This document shows, piece by piece, positions 8,322-19,407 of a stretch of 64,000 bases of DNA. A model generated the notes under the pieces. That model saw only the letters and a program-made list of their open reading frames with translations, was not told where the DNA came from and ran no database searches. The position numbers and the translations under genes were made by a program. This stretch comes from Bdellovibrionales bacterium (GTDB lineage: Bacteria; Bdellovibrionota; Bdellovibrionia; Bdellovibrionales; UBA1609), in assembly GCA_027317865.1 (NCBI GenBank), contig DAHVQG010000005.1, forward strand, positions 1-64,000. The letters are read 5' to 3'. Every line of letters starts with the position of its first letter. Within the stretch, counting starts at the first letter, position 1.

Positions 8322-9095
8322 ATGAAAATGCGAATCGACCAAGCTCTTTTTGAGCTTGGTTTTGCTCCGTCAAAAACCAAAGCCCAAGAATTGATCTCCG
8401 CCGGTGAGGTCGAATTTCGAACAAAGAACGGGTTGTGGAGGCGCGCTGAAAAACCGGGGATGCCGATTACGGTTGAAGAGTACGAAATTCGAATATCTGA
8501 AGCTTCAGACATTTTGAAATATGTTTCTCGCGGAGGTCTCAAGCTCGAGGGAGCACTGCAAGGCCTAAGACTTAACGTCAACGGTTTTAGAGTGCTTGAC
8601 GTCGGAGTTTCAACTGGTGGATTTACCGACTGCCTTCTTCAACATGGGGCAGAGCATGTGACGGCAATTGACGTTTCACGCAACGGCGAGCTTGCCGAAA
8701 AACTTCGCAGAGATAACAGAGTGGAGTTTATTTGCCGCATCAATGCGCGCCACTTACGTGAGGAGCTTAAAGTTAACCAACTGTTCGATTTGGTGGTTAT
8801 CGATGTCTCATTTATTTCTCTCAGCGCGGTTTTGCCTGAAGTTTTTGATTTCATAATGCCCGGAGGTAAACTCCTTGGGCTAATCAAGCCGCAATTCGAG
8901 GTAGGGCAAAAGCATCTCAATAAGCGGGGTATCGTTAAATCCTCTGCCGCAATCGAGGAGGCGCTGACTCGCCTTAAGTCTGAAGCCGAAAAGGCGCGAT
9001 TTTTGGTTTGTGATGTTTTTAAGTCGCGGGTAAAAGGCAAGGATGGGAACCAGGAGTATTTTCTTTATGCACAAAAACCCAAGGGCGGTTTATAA
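8322..9095 (+). CDS. tlyA: TlyA family rRNA 2'-O-methyltransferase
   Basis: S4 domain, YVSRGGLKL, DVGVSTGGFTDCLLQ, DVSFISL, LIKPQFEVG, GKDGNQEY. Confidence 0.95.
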   Translation: MKMRIDQALFELGFAPSKTKAQELISAGEVEFRTKNGLWRRAEKPGMPITVEEYEIRISEASDILKYVSRGGLKLEGALQGLRLNVNGFRVLDVGVSTGGFTDCLLQHGAEHVTAIDVSRNGELAEKLRRDNRVEFICRINARHLREELKVNQLFDLVVIDVSFISLSAVLPEVFDFIMPGGKLLGLIKPQFEVGQKHLNKRGIVKSSAAIEEALTRLKSEAEKARFLVCDVFKSRVKGKDGNQEYFLYAQKPKGGL

Positions 9096-10026
9096 AAATC
9101 TGAGTCGTTTTGTCGTGGGCGCGATTTTTGGTCTCAGTATATTACTTAATGGTTGTACAAGCCTTACGCGCCGGATGACGGGCGAAAATGTCAACGCACC
9201 TTCAGGTAAAGCAGCAAACGCAACGTCGAACCAGTTTGGCACTCCATCGAACATTGCCCAATCTAATAAAAAAGTCGCGGTGATACTAGGTCCGGGCGGC
9301 TATAAATCCATAGCTGAAGTCGGCGTACTTAAGGAGCTTATAAAAGCAAAAATCCCGATACAAGCTGTTGCTGGGGTTGAATGGGGGGCTTTAGTCGGAG
9401 CGCTCTATGCACAACATGGGCAAATTAACGAAGCGGAATGGAAGCTCTACAAATTAAGCGCACTTCATCTCGGAGCCGTTAGTTTTTTTACAAGAAGGCG
9501 TGAAACCAAATCAGTCGGCGTGATTGCGCATTTTTTGCGCCAAAATTTGGCTAATGAAGATGTTTCGAAAACAAGCCTTCCGTTTATGTGCCCGACCCTG
9601 AATCTCATTTTAGGCACGGTGCAGATTCAAACACACGGGAACCTCCCCGAGGTGGTGCAAAACTGTTTGGCCCTCCCGCCAATATTTAATCCACGAGGGA
9701 GCTTGATGGCCGCGCCACTAAGTCTGCCCGACATAGTGATGGATTTGCGCGCGCAAGGTTACAACGTGATTATTTTAGTAAACGTGTTGGGCGACGGGGA
9801 TTTGTTTTACCATTCAAGAACCGTGGTTAATGATTCAACTATTGCTTTGTGGGATGAAATTCGCCGACAAATTTTTAGTGTCGAATCAATGGTGACGGAC
9901 GTCATCGACGTCGACACACAAGGGATAAGTCTTGACGATTTTAGCGCGCGTAATCGGCTTTTGACTGCTGGCGAAGTGGCCGGCGACAAAGCGACCGGTA
10001 CGCTATCAAATAAATACGGTTTTTAA
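9067..10026 (+). CDS. patatin-like lipoprotein, probably catalytically inactive
   Basis: Lipobox LNGC; VAVILGPGG-x6-GVL; GVEWGALVGALYA in place of GxSxG. Confidence 0.75.
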   Translation: MHKNPRAVYKNLSRFVVGAIFGLSILLNGCTSLTRRMTGENVNAPSGKAANATSNQFGTPSNIAQSNKKVAVILGPGGYKSIAEVGVLKELIKAKIPIQAVAGVEWGALVGALYAQHGQINEAEWKLYKLSALHLGAVSFFTRRRETKSVGVIAHFLRQNLANEDVSKTSLPFMCPTLNLILGTVQIQTHGNLPEVVQNCLALPPIFNPRGSLMAAPLSLPDIVMDLRAQGYNVIILVNVLGDGDLFYHSRTVVNDSTIALWDEIRRQIFSVESMVTDVIDVDTQGISLDDFSARNRLLTAGEVAGDKATGTLSNKYGF

Positions 10027-10043
10027 AAAAGAAGGAGCTACCC

Positions 10044-11360
10044 GTGCGAACGCCGCAATATGCAATGTCGATATTTAAAGAACGGCGAAAGAAATTGGCC
10101 AATCATTTAAAAGACAGCGCGCTGATATTGACCGCCAATCCCGAAGTTATCAGAAACGGCGATGTTCATTATCCTTTTCGGCAGAACTCCAACATGTTTT
10201 ATTTGACCGGTTTTGAAGAGCCAAATTCAGCGGTTATTTTTCGCCCGGGTAAAAATCCGGAAACGGTTTTATTTGTTATGTCAAAAGATCCGGCGCAAGA
10301 GACCTGGACGGGTTTTCGCTACGGCGTTGAGGGTGCCAAACGGTATTTTGAAGTCGACGAGGTCTATTCAATAGATTCGGTTCAAGACGAGCTGCCAAAG
10401 CTTCTTTCGGACGTGGATCAAATTTACTATTCTCTCTTTTCAAATACAAATTTTGATACAATTCTAATGGATATTATAAACGATTTGACCTGGTCTCGGT
10501 CGCGTTCTAACCGGGGCAATCTTCCGATAATTGATCCCTGTGCGATGCTGGGTGAAATGAGGCTTCGTAAATCCAATGTTGAAGTGGAATGGCACAGGCG
10601 CGCATGTGAGATTTCAGCCGAGGCGCATATCGAAGTGATGAAAACTATTCGGCCCGGCATAAACGAGCGCGCGCTTCACGGAGTTTTTCTGCGCTCGATT
10701 ATGGAGCGGGGCTGCGCGCGTGAAGGTTACGGAGCTATCGTTGCGGGCGGCGAAAATGCGACCACACTCCACTATGAGTTTAACGACCAAGTTTGCAAAG
10801 ATGGCGACCTTCTTCTTCTCGACGCGGGGGCAGAATACAATTATTTTTCAGGCGATATTACGCGGGTGTTTCCGGTGAACGGACGGTTTAGCGACACGCA
10901 AAAGCGAATTTATCAAAAAATGTTGAACGTGCAAAAAGACTTGGTGTCACTCGTAAAACCAGGGACAAGCCGTGAGGCTTTACAAACTGAAACGGTTTCT
11001 CGGCTCACTGAACTTATGATTGATGAAAAACTTTTGAAGGGCCGAAAAGACGACCTCATTGAAAAAAAAGAATACGAACGCTTTTACATGCATCGTGTTT
11101 CGCATTGGCTTGGCATGGAGGTTCATGACGCGGGGACAACCTTGGTTAACGGTGAGCCGCGCGTAATTGAGCCAGGATTTGTTCTTACAATTGAGCCAGG
11201 TCTTTACATTTCAAAAGACGCACCAGGGGTCCCGGATGAGTTGCGCGGCATCGGGATTCGTATTGAAGACGACGTTTTAGTTACCGAGTCGGGGCACGAA
11301 GTTCTCTCGAGTAAATGTCCAAAAGAAATTGCCGACATTGAGGCGGTCATGCGGCATTAA
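10044..11360 (+). CDS. pepP: Xaa-Pro aminopeptidase P
   Basis: FRQNSNMFYLTGFEEP, LLLDAGAE, DITR, HWLGMEVHD, TIEPGLY, GIRIEDD. Confidence 0.95.
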   Translation: MRTPQYAMSIFKERRKKLANHLKDSALILTANPEVIRNGDVHYPFRQNSNMFYLTGFEEPNSAVIFRPGKNPETVLFVMSKDPAQETWTGFRYGVEGAKRYFEVDEVYSIDSVQDELPKLLSDVDQIYYSLFSNTNFDTILMDIINDLTWSRSRSNRGNLPIIDPCAMLGEMRLRKSNVEVEWHRRACEISAEAHIEVMKTIRPGINERALHGVFLRSIMERGCAREGYGAIVAGGENATTLHYEFNDQVCKDGDLLLLDAGAEYNYFSGDITRVFPVNGRFSDTQKRIYQKMLNVQKDLVSLVKPGTSREALQTETVSRLTELMIDEKLLKGRKDDLIEKKEYERFYMHRVSHWLGMEVHDAGTTLVNGEPRVIEPGFVLTIEPGLYISKDAPGVPDELRGIGIRIEDDVLVTESGHEVLSSKCPKEIADIEAVMRH

Positions 11361-12100
11361 GGCCGATACGAATGAAAATGCCAACCGCGCGTGCGGGCAA
11401 CGGCAAGTAAGGCTTCTTCAGATTCCCGATTAAAATGTCCGGGAGGCGCGCCAAGGTTTGCAATGCGGATGCGCCGGGCACATTCGAGTAGCGGCAAATC
11501 GCCCATTGTATTGCCGGCGGCAAGAAACGGTAGTTTGCGGCCGGTTGCTTCGAGTAACCCGGTCACTTTACCTTCGTGCCAGGTCAGTGGGCCTTCAGGT
11601 TTTTCAGTAATTTTACCCTCGTAAATTTCAGTTTTAATGCCGATCACATTTTCCGCAGCAATCCCTATGGCCTCAGCAGCCGGTTCAACAGCCCAGCGAA
11701 CTGAAGCGGTAACACAATAAACGTGTACGTCACGCGCTTTTAAATAAGCGACAAGATCTTTCATGAACGGAAAAAACGGCGGTGGTTCAAGTGTGGCAAA
11801 CGCTTCGCGTGCCCAACCGCGAACGGTCGTAAGCGGAATATCCTTCATGATCTGCGCGAGCCAAACAAGAGCCCCAGGTGTTTCGCGAACGTACCACTGG
11901 CGATAATGCTCCCACGGGTTGGGGGGCAAATTCGGCAAAAGATTTTTTGCTATTTGGTACTGAAAAAAATGTTCGCCAACGTCGGTATCCCATAGTGTGC
12001 CGTCGGCATCGAATGCGGCAATTCGGTCGACACCGGCATCGAGCGCCTGGTCAATCTGCTTTTTAATCTTTACGATCTTCTCTTGCGGAAAAGGTTTCAT
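11357..12100 (-). CDS. HAD-family phosphatase
   Basis: AFDADGTLW motif I, TAS motif II, GNTMGD motif IV. Confidence 0.9.
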   Translation of the reverse strand: MKPFPQEKIVKIKKQIDQALDAGVDRIAAFDADGTLWDTDVGEHFFQYQIAKNLLPNLPPNPWEHYRQWYVRETPGALVWLAQIMKDIPLTTVRGWAREAFATLEPPPFFPFMKDLVAYLKARDVHVYCVTASVRWAVEPAAEAIGIAAENVIGIKTEIYEGKITEKPEGPLTWHEGKVTGLLEATGRKLPFLAAGNTMGDLPLLECARRIRIANLGAPPGHFNRESEEALLAVARTRGWHFHSYRP

Positions 12101-12117
12101 GCACGCTAGATTAAACT
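12101..12117. promoter_or_regulatory. candidate bidirectional promoter with overlapping -10 elements
   Basis: 17-bp gap between divergent ATGs; TAGATT (+, 12107-12112) and TAATCT (-, 12108-12113); no SD on either strand. Confidence 0.6.
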
Positions 12118-13818
12118 ATGGATCATGGCATTCTTCAACCCGCAATCACGGGTGAACTCTCGGCAAAAAGACGGCCTGAATTTATCAAACGGCTTCAAGA
12201 CGAAACGTTTGATCTTGCCATAATTGGCGGGGGCATTAACGGCGCAGGCGTGGCGCGCGATGCTTCAAGCCGCGGGATGAAAGTTGCGCTTATCGAGGCG
12301 CAAGATTTTGCAAGCGGTACAAGCTCGCGATCGAGTAAGCTCATTCACGGCGGGATTCGCTATCTTGAAAACCTTGAATTCGGATTGGTTTTTGAAGCTC
12401 TTCAAGAGCGGCGGCATCTCTTCGAGATGGCACCCCACCTCGTCCATCCCCTTCGCTTTATTCTGCCTGTTTACAAAAATTCGCGCGTGGGAATGTTCAA
12501 GCTCGGCCTTGGCATGATGCTTTATGATCTTTTGGCAACTTTTGAGATGCCTGAGCTTCATGAAAGGTTAAATAAGAACGAGTTACTTAACCGGGTTCCA
12601 ATGTTAAGCGACCAATCTTTATGTGGAGGTTACGCGTATTCCGACGCCTATATGGATGATGACCGTCTTGTTCTTGAGACAATTCGTTCGGCGGTAAGAT
12701 TCGGCACGGTCGCTGTTTCATATGTAAGGGCTACGGGCGCCCATTTTGAAAATGAAAAATCAAAAAGCGAGCGCGTGTGCGGGCTTGTTGCGCGTGACGA
12801 AGAAACGGGCCGCGAATTTACGATAAGAGCAAAACATTTTATAAGCACAGTCGGCCCGTGGACAGACCTTGTCGCCGCTAGAATGCTAAAGGGTTGGCGG
12901 CCTATTCTGCGGCCGTCAAAGGGGGTGCACCTTACCTTTATGCGCAGCCGCCTCCCGATTCATGATGCCGTCGTGATGATTACTGAAGACCAAAAACGGA
13001 TCGTATTTGCCATCCCACGGCACGAGATGGTGATTGTCGGTACAACGGACACGGATTATTCGGGCGACCCTGCGGAGGTGCGAACCACGCGCGAAGATGT
13101 TAGTTATCTTCTGCACATCATAAATCGCTATTTTGGCCATGCCAATCTCACGGATGCCGACATCGTGGCGAGTTACTCCGGCGTTAGGCCTTTAGTGGAT
13201 GATCACTCCGATACAGAAAGCAAAACGAGTCGTGAGCATAAAATCGTTTCTGACCCACGCAACATCACGTTTATCGCCGGAGGCAAATATACCACCTATC
13301 GCAAAGTTGCTGAGATGGTTGTTGAAACTGCATTAAATCAATTTTGCTTAGAAGATCAAGTGCGCTTCGCGAGAAATCAGACCACGGCGCCGCTCAACGC
13401 GCTCGCTAATGCCGCGTCGATTGAAAAGGCTCGGCGAGAGGCCAGCCATTGGGCAAAAGAATTCGGCATACATGAAAGCATTGTACATTTACTTGTTGAG
13501 CGCCACGGCGAAGAGGCAAAGGCGATTCTTGAAAACTATAGGGCGCGAACAAGCGGGGTCCATCGGTTGTGGCAGTTCGAAGCCGAACACGCGATTGATT
13601 CCACAATGTGTTTTCATTTGCGGGACTTTGTTCTGAGGCGCTCGCCACTTTTCTTGTCGCGTCCCGACCATGGATTTTTATTTTTGGACGATATCGCGCA
13701 GCTTTTTCAAAAAGAGCTCGGATGGAGTGACAACAAAAGGCTTGAAGAAACTGAAGCGGTGCGACAGCATCTCGATCGCGAGATGGGCTGGCGCGGCACC
13801 AAGCCGTTGAACAGTTAA
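12118..13818 (+). CDS. glpD: FAD-dependent glycerol-3-phosphate dehydrogenase
   Basis: IIGGGINGAGVARDA, GTSSRSSKLIHGGIRYL, SGVRPL, GGKYTTYR. Confidence 0.95.
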   Translation: MDHGILQPAITGELSAKRRPEFIKRLQDETFDLAIIGGGINGAGVARDASSRGMKVALIEAQDFASGTSSRSSKLIHGGIRYLENLEFGLVFEALQERRHLFEMAPHLVHPLRFILPVYKNSRVGMFKLGLGMMLYDLLATFEMPELHERLNKNELLNRVPMLSDQSLCGGYAYSDAYMDDDRLVLETIRSAVRFGTVAVSYVRATGAHFENEKSKSERVCGLVARDEETGREFTIRAKHFISTVGPWTDLVAARMLKGWRPILRPSKGVHLTFMRSRLPIHDAVVMITEDQKRIVFAIPRHEMVIVGTTDTDYSGDPAEVRTTREDVSYLLHIINRYFGHANLTDADIVASYSGVRPLVDDHSDTESKTSREHKIVSDPRNITFIAGGKYTTYRKVAEMVVETALNQFCLEDQVRFARNQTTAPLNALANAASIEKARREASHWAKEFGIHESIVHLLVERHGEEAKAILENYRARTSGVHRLWQFEAEHAIDSTMCFHLRDFVLRRSPLFLSRPDHGFLFLDDIAQLFQKELGWSDNKRLEETEAVRQHLDREMGWRGTKPLNS

Positions 13819-14181
13819 TAGATATCCTTTTTGTTTGAGTTCCATAATTGAGCATAGCGGCTTTATTCGGACATGCCCCTGCACGGCAAGGCTCGTGAAC
13901 TCCTTTAATAGGCTAGGTATGGTGTCATACGAGCGAGAGCTAAGTCTTCGAATGGATTCAGAAAAAAGAATCAACTCGAGATCGGCGTGAGGGGCCAAAC
14001 CTTCATCGGCATTGGCATTTAGTGTCGCCTGTTCGTTTTCTAAAACCAATCGACAGGACAATCGATCATCCAGTCGAAGGGCGAGTAAATGCGGTGGCGG
14101 TAGAAGTTTTAGAACTTCGGAAAATGCCGAACTTCGCGAGACGGCCGATCGCATGGACAATAAGAGTGAGTTTTCGTTCAT
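13678..14181 (-). CDS. hypothetical protein, possibly SCP2-like lipid-binding fold
   Basis: Fills the gap between glpD and mreB; beta-beta-ADLEL-helix pattern reminiscent of SCP2; 3' end overlaps glpD. Confidence 0.5.
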   Translation of the reverse strand: MNENSLLLSMRSAVSRSSAFSEVLKLLPPPHLLALRLDDRLSCRLVLENEQATLNANADEGLAPHADLELILFSESIRRLSSRSYDTIPSLLKEFTSLAVQGHVRIKPLCSIMELKQKGYLLTVQRLGAAPAHLAIEMLSHRFSFFKPFVVTPSELFLKKLRDIVQK

Positions 14182-14231
14182 AGATTGAACCGCAAGATTC
14201 GACCACATTACATAGACTTGTCAATGATCGG

Positions 14232-15317
<1,086 letters not shown>

Positions 15318-15370
15318 CGACATCATGCTCGTGCAGAAGCATGCCCGAAGCACTCGAAGCGAGGGAGCTT

Positions 15371-15835
15371 ATGCTATCTGAGAGTCTGGTTGAAAAAATC
15401 GCAATTTTTTATTATCTGACCTATTTGGATGAATCCAAAGCGCTCAGCGCGACGACGCGGACCCTTAAGCAATTGAGCCATCGTCAGATCGACAAGTTAA
15501 AAACTCCGCTCAATTTGCAAACAGCCGTCATTTGTAGCATCGAAGAGTCTGAAAAAAAGAGACGCAATCTATCCAAACCATCGAGTCTTAGTTTTTCGGC
15601 GGGATCAATTGTCGCTCCTGAGGCGACGGACTGGTCGCCGTGGTTTGAGTTTAGAAAACTTGCCGATGAGCGGGAATTTCGCACGGTTGTTTATTCACAG
15701 ATTATGAAGTTTTCGGACCAGGCAATTTCCGACGGGATGCAACTATCAATTGGAACGGTTCGCTACCGGTTAGGTCGGGGGCTTAAAACGCTTGGCCATA
15801 TATTAAAACCAGAAAAGAAGAGTCATCATGTCTGA
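15371..15835 (+). CDS. degenerate ECF sigma-like protein (region 4 HTH)
   Basis: C-terminal SDQAISDGMQLSIGTVRYRLGRG; GAGGGAG RBS; overlaps the next gene. Confidence 0.65.
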   Translation: MLSESLVEKIAIFYYLTYLDESKALSATTRTLKQLSHRQIDKLKTPLNLQTAVICSIEESEKKRRNLSKPSSLSFSAGSIVAPEATDWSPWFEFRKLADEREFRTVVYSQIMKFSDQAISDGMQLSIGTVRYRLGRGLKTLGHILKPEKKSHHV

Positions 15836-16784
15836 GCCACGATTGTCGCCGCCCGTGCGGCAACTTTCGCGATTTATGTGCGAGGAGTTGTTATACGAAT
15901 ATGCCGAAGACCGACTGGATGCTGAACGGCAAAAAGCGGTTAGTCTGGCTCTTCAATCGCAGCCGGAGTTACAAAACGAGTTTGCATCCATTAAATTAGC
16001 CAAAGAGTATTGTTCCCAAATTTCAAAGACGAGAATTTCGACCTTACAAATTGAAAATTTAAAATCAGCAAAACCGATTTACTCCCTAATTATTGAGCGG
16101 TTAAGATATAGAAACTGGCCAGATTTGCTGCAGTGGACCGTTCAAGCTTTTGTATTGTCGTCGCTTGTTGCGGGCGCGGCACTGATTATACCTTGGGGCC
16201 GAATTGAACGGCGTCTGACCCAACCAAAATCTATTCCGTCAGCAGAGAATGTTATCAAACCACCGTCTATTCCAGACGCAAGTTTGCCGGCGATAAGTGT
16301 TGCGGCCACAAAAGCCGTCAATTCAACGGCGGCAATCACTAAATCAAAAAAGCCGGCAACGAAGCCCGTAATCAAACCGACTGCCAAATCGGCCATCCAA
16401 AAGGCTCAGCCACAAGCGGCCGCCGTAGCTGCCGCTCCGAAGTTAAAAGGTGTTTTGTATAGAATGTGGATGGCAATTCCCCATGCCAATGTGGTTGGTG
16501 AAATTATTCGGCACAAGATTCTTACTCTTGGCGGGCACAAAGCCGGTGAAGTGAGACTGGGTTGGCACCGCACGCATCCCAGGGGTGTTTATTTTCACTT
16601 TGCATTGCCTAAGAAGCATTACAATACAATCATACTTTTTTTGAAAAAATACGCCCAAGTCGCAATTTCAAAAGATCCAAGCAGTCGAATTATGCCGAAA
16701 GGCGAAGTTCGAATTATTCTATGGGTCCAAGATTTAACACCCGAAGCCAAGGCCAATGATCGACAAGAAAAATCAAGCAAATAG
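15828..16784 (+). CDS. anti-sigma-like single-pass membrane protein
   Basis: CEELLYEYAEDRLD N-terminus typical of anti-sigma domains, one TM helix, Ala/Lys/Pro linker. Confidence 0.6.
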   Translation: MSEPRLSPPVRQLSRFMCEELLYEYAEDRLDAERQKAVSLALQSQPELQNEFASIKLAKEYCSQISKTRISTLQIENLKSAKPIYSLIIERLRYRNWPDLLQWTVQAFVLSSLVAGAALIIPWGRIERRLTQPKSIPSAENVIKPPSIPDASLPAISVAATKAVNSTAAITKSKKPATKPVIKPTAKSAIQKAQPQAAAVAAAPKLKGVLYRMWMAIPHANVVGEIIRHKILTLGGHKAGEVRLGWHRTHPRGVYFHFALPKKHYNTIILFLKKYAQVAISKDPSSRIMPKGEVRIILWVQDLTPEAKANDRQEKSSK

Positions 16785-18699
16785 ATTTAGATCGCGACGG
16801 CCCGCGCGTTCGCTGCGCACAATTTTGATGATGTGGCTGTTGATGTTTTCGATTGTGCCGCTTGCATTTTTGACCGGGTATTCACTCGTCCGCTATGAAC
16901 AGGCGATCGATCAAGAGATGGGGCAAAGACTTCGCGGTAATTACCGCGAAATCAAAATTATTTTTCAAGAGCTGCAAAATAACCTGCTGACGCATAACCA
17001 GGAGCACGCGCATGACCGCTCGCTCGTTTATTTTTTATCGGCTGAAGAGATAAATAACGCACGAAAACTTGCGTCACGGTGGTTAAAGGGTGCGGTGGCT
17101 AATCGACTTTCAATATTTAGTCCGCAGGGGCAATTGCTCGTCTCGCTTTATGTTGGCAAAGATGGGAAAATCAAGCGCCACGCGAAACTTGAGGGAACAA
17201 ATGTTTATCTATCAAGTGCCTTCTTAAAGGTAGCGGCCAAGCAAAATCAACTTGCCGTGGTTGATTTTAACGGAAAATCCGGAATGGATTTGGTCGCTTT
17301 TTCAAAAATATTAAATTCGTCGGATGCTCTAGTCGGATATATCGAAGAAGTTCTCAATGTAAATACGGCCTTTATGTTGAACTTAAGAAAACGACTCGAC
17401 GCCGAGGTCGTTTTTATCAGTGAAGATGGTGCCAAGAGTATTTCAAGCCAAAACGATCTAACTCAATATCAGCCTGGATTTTTTTCTAAGCGCTTACGGT
17501 CCAAAAGGCTTCTGGATCTGAACATTCGAGGCGTACCCTACGGATTTATAGTTAAGAAGATTCCCTGGGGGGGCCACTATTTTATTCTTGCAATCGGTGC
17601 TTCGAAGCGCGCGGCTAATGAAGTTTTAAAAAACGTGAATTATGCGTTTTTTACCGTGGTTGGCGCGATCATTCTGCTTTTGATCGTTTTGAGCTTTGTA
17701 TTTTCTAGGGTTTTGCTGCAACCGCTCCATCAGCTTGTGGACTTGGTGCAAAATGTCGATCTCAACGAGCCGCCCGTGCTCGAGCAAATTCGCCACGGCC
17801 AAGACACGGAGCTTGGGATTTTATCTGGCGCGTTTCACGACATGGTTGGGCGGGCATATGATTCTCAAAAGAAGCTTAAAGAAAACATAAAAAAATTAGA
17901 AAACGCAAATCAAGAAATTCGTGAAACGCAAGCAAAACTGGTACACGCCGCGAAAATGGCAAGCCTTGGGCAGTTAGTCGCCGGCGTCGCCCACGAACTC
18001 AATAACCCAATTAGTTTTATTTATAGCAACATGGCTCATTTGCGAGATTATTCCGAGCGTCTGATAGAGCTCATAGGCGTGGCGGAAAAAAATCCAGGCG
18101 GCTTGACATCAGCGAAAGAAGAAAAGGAATTTGATTTCATAGTAAAAGACATGCCAAAACTGATTCGCTCCTGCGAGGAGGGAGCGCGACGTACGCGCGA
18201 TATTGTTGTGGGACTAAGAAACTTTTCACGATTAGACGAGGCGAAAGAAAAAGAAGTCGATATTCACGAGGGGATAGAATCGACGCTTGCGCTTTTGGCC
18301 GGGGAGTTTAAGTCGCGCATTACCGTCGTAAAAAATTTCTCGGAGCTGCCTAAAATTCTGTGTTACCCAAGCCAACTCAACCAAGTTTTTATGAACATAT
18401 TGAGCAACGCCATACAAGCAATTCGTGATCGAGGTGAGATCATTATAACAACCCGGGTTGCGTCCAATGATACAATTGAAATTTCAATTCGCGATACCGG
18501 AGTTGGTATGTCCGAAGAAGTGACGCAAAAGCTATTTGATCCATTCTTTACAACTAAAGAAGTAAACGAAGGAACCGGTCTTGGAATGAGCATTGCCTAT
18601 GGCGTGATTGCCAAACACGGCGGGTCGATTGCGGTTCATTCCAAACCCGGTGTTGGTACGGAGTTTATTATTCAGCTACCAGTTCGGGCCGTAATTTAA
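16756..18699 (+). CDS. membrane sensor histidine kinase (HAMP, NtrB-like HisKA, HATPase)
   Basis: GVAHELNNP, QVFMNILSNA, DTGVGM, FDPFFTTK, GTGLG. Confidence 0.95.
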   Translation: MIDKKNQANRFRSRRPARSLRTILMMWLLMFSIVPLAFLTGYSLVRYEQAIDQEMGQRLRGNYREIKIIFQELQNNLLTHNQEHAHDRSLVYFLSAEEINNARKLASRWLKGAVANRLSIFSPQGQLLVSLYVGKDGKIKRHAKLEGTNVYLSSAFLKVAAKQNQLAVVDFNGKSGMDLVAFSKILNSSDALVGYIEEVLNVNTAFMLNLRKRLDAEVVFISEDGAKSISSQNDLTQYQPGFFSKRLRSKRLLDLNIRGVPYGFIVKKIPWGGHYFILAIGASKRAANEVLKNVNYAFFTVVGAIILLLIVLSFVFSRVLLQPLHQLVDLVQNVDLNEPPVLEQIRHGQDTELGILSGAFHDMVGRAYDSQKKLKENIKKLENANQEIRETQAKLVHAAKMASLGQLVAGVAHELNNPISFIYSNMAHLRDYSERLIELIGVAEKNPGGLTSAKEEKEFDFIVKDMPKLIRSCEEGARRTRDIVVGLRNFSRLDEAKEKEVDIHEGIESTLALLAGEFKSRITVVKNFSELPKILCYPSQLNQVFMNILSNAIQAIRDRGEIIITTRVASNDTIEISIRDTGVGMSEEVTQKLFDPFFTTKEVNEGTGLGMSIAYGVIAKHGGSIAVHSKPGVGTEFIIQLPVRAVI

Positions 18700-18747
18700 G
18701 CCTTTTGTCCCAACTTCCGATAAGGACAAAAAGGGTACCGGCTCAAT

Positions 18748-19347
18748 ATGAGGCGAAAGCATAACGCAACTGCCATTTTGCTGTTTATATCAGGATGCGC
18801 CATAGGCGCTTTTGCTGGATATTTACAGCTCACAAATCACCACATAAATTTGGCCTCACAAGAGCCGCCGGGTCAGGTCTCCATGAAACCGGCCCTCACC
18901 GTAATTCAAAAACATATTAATGAGGAGCTGAAAGACACGGCAAATCAAACCGCAATACAGCGTGAAACAACGAGCCAAGAAAATTCTGACTCCGAATCTC
19001 TTTCAGCTCGGGATTTTGACCAATCTTCGACACCCAAACCAATACCGCTTGTCTTGCAGCAACAGAATAACTTTCCGAAGGGTTCGCAAGGCGAAAATTC
19101 ACAACAGAATTTTCAAATGACGCCAAATGAACGAATATCGCAAATGCTCGAACAAAATGAAGCGATTCAAGATTACAATCGCCGCTATCGCCAAGCGTTC
19201 ATCAGGCAGTTCCTAAAAAACGCCCATGAACATGGTGTCGACGTCCGGTTGAATAAAAACTTAGATGTGACGGGTATCTCAATTGACACGTCAAATCGGC
19301 CGCTTTTATTTCCACCATCTGAAGTCCATTCCTCTAGCCGCAAATAA
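18748..19347 (+). CDS. hypothetical membrane-anchored protein
   Basis: N-terminal TM helix, Gln-rich; 199 aa. Confidence 0.7.
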   Translation: MRRKHNATAILLFISGCAIGAFAGYLQLTNHHINLASQEPPGQVSMKPALTVIQKHINEELKDTANQTAIQRETTSQENSDSESLSARDFDQSSTPKPIPLVLQQQNNFPKGSQGENSQQNFQMTPNERISQMLEQNEAIQDYNRRYRQAFIRQFLKNAHEHGVDVRLNKNLDVTGISIDTSNRPLLFPPSEVHSSSRK

Positions 19348-19407
19348 TCGAAAGTTGACAGTTCAGCCGTGAATTCGCCAGGATGAACCTTTAATAAAGG
19401 AGCGATC

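Noticed and set aside
8322-9095. TlyA as a hemolysin or toxin
   Set aside because: Motifs and context fit the housekeeping rRNA methyltransferase
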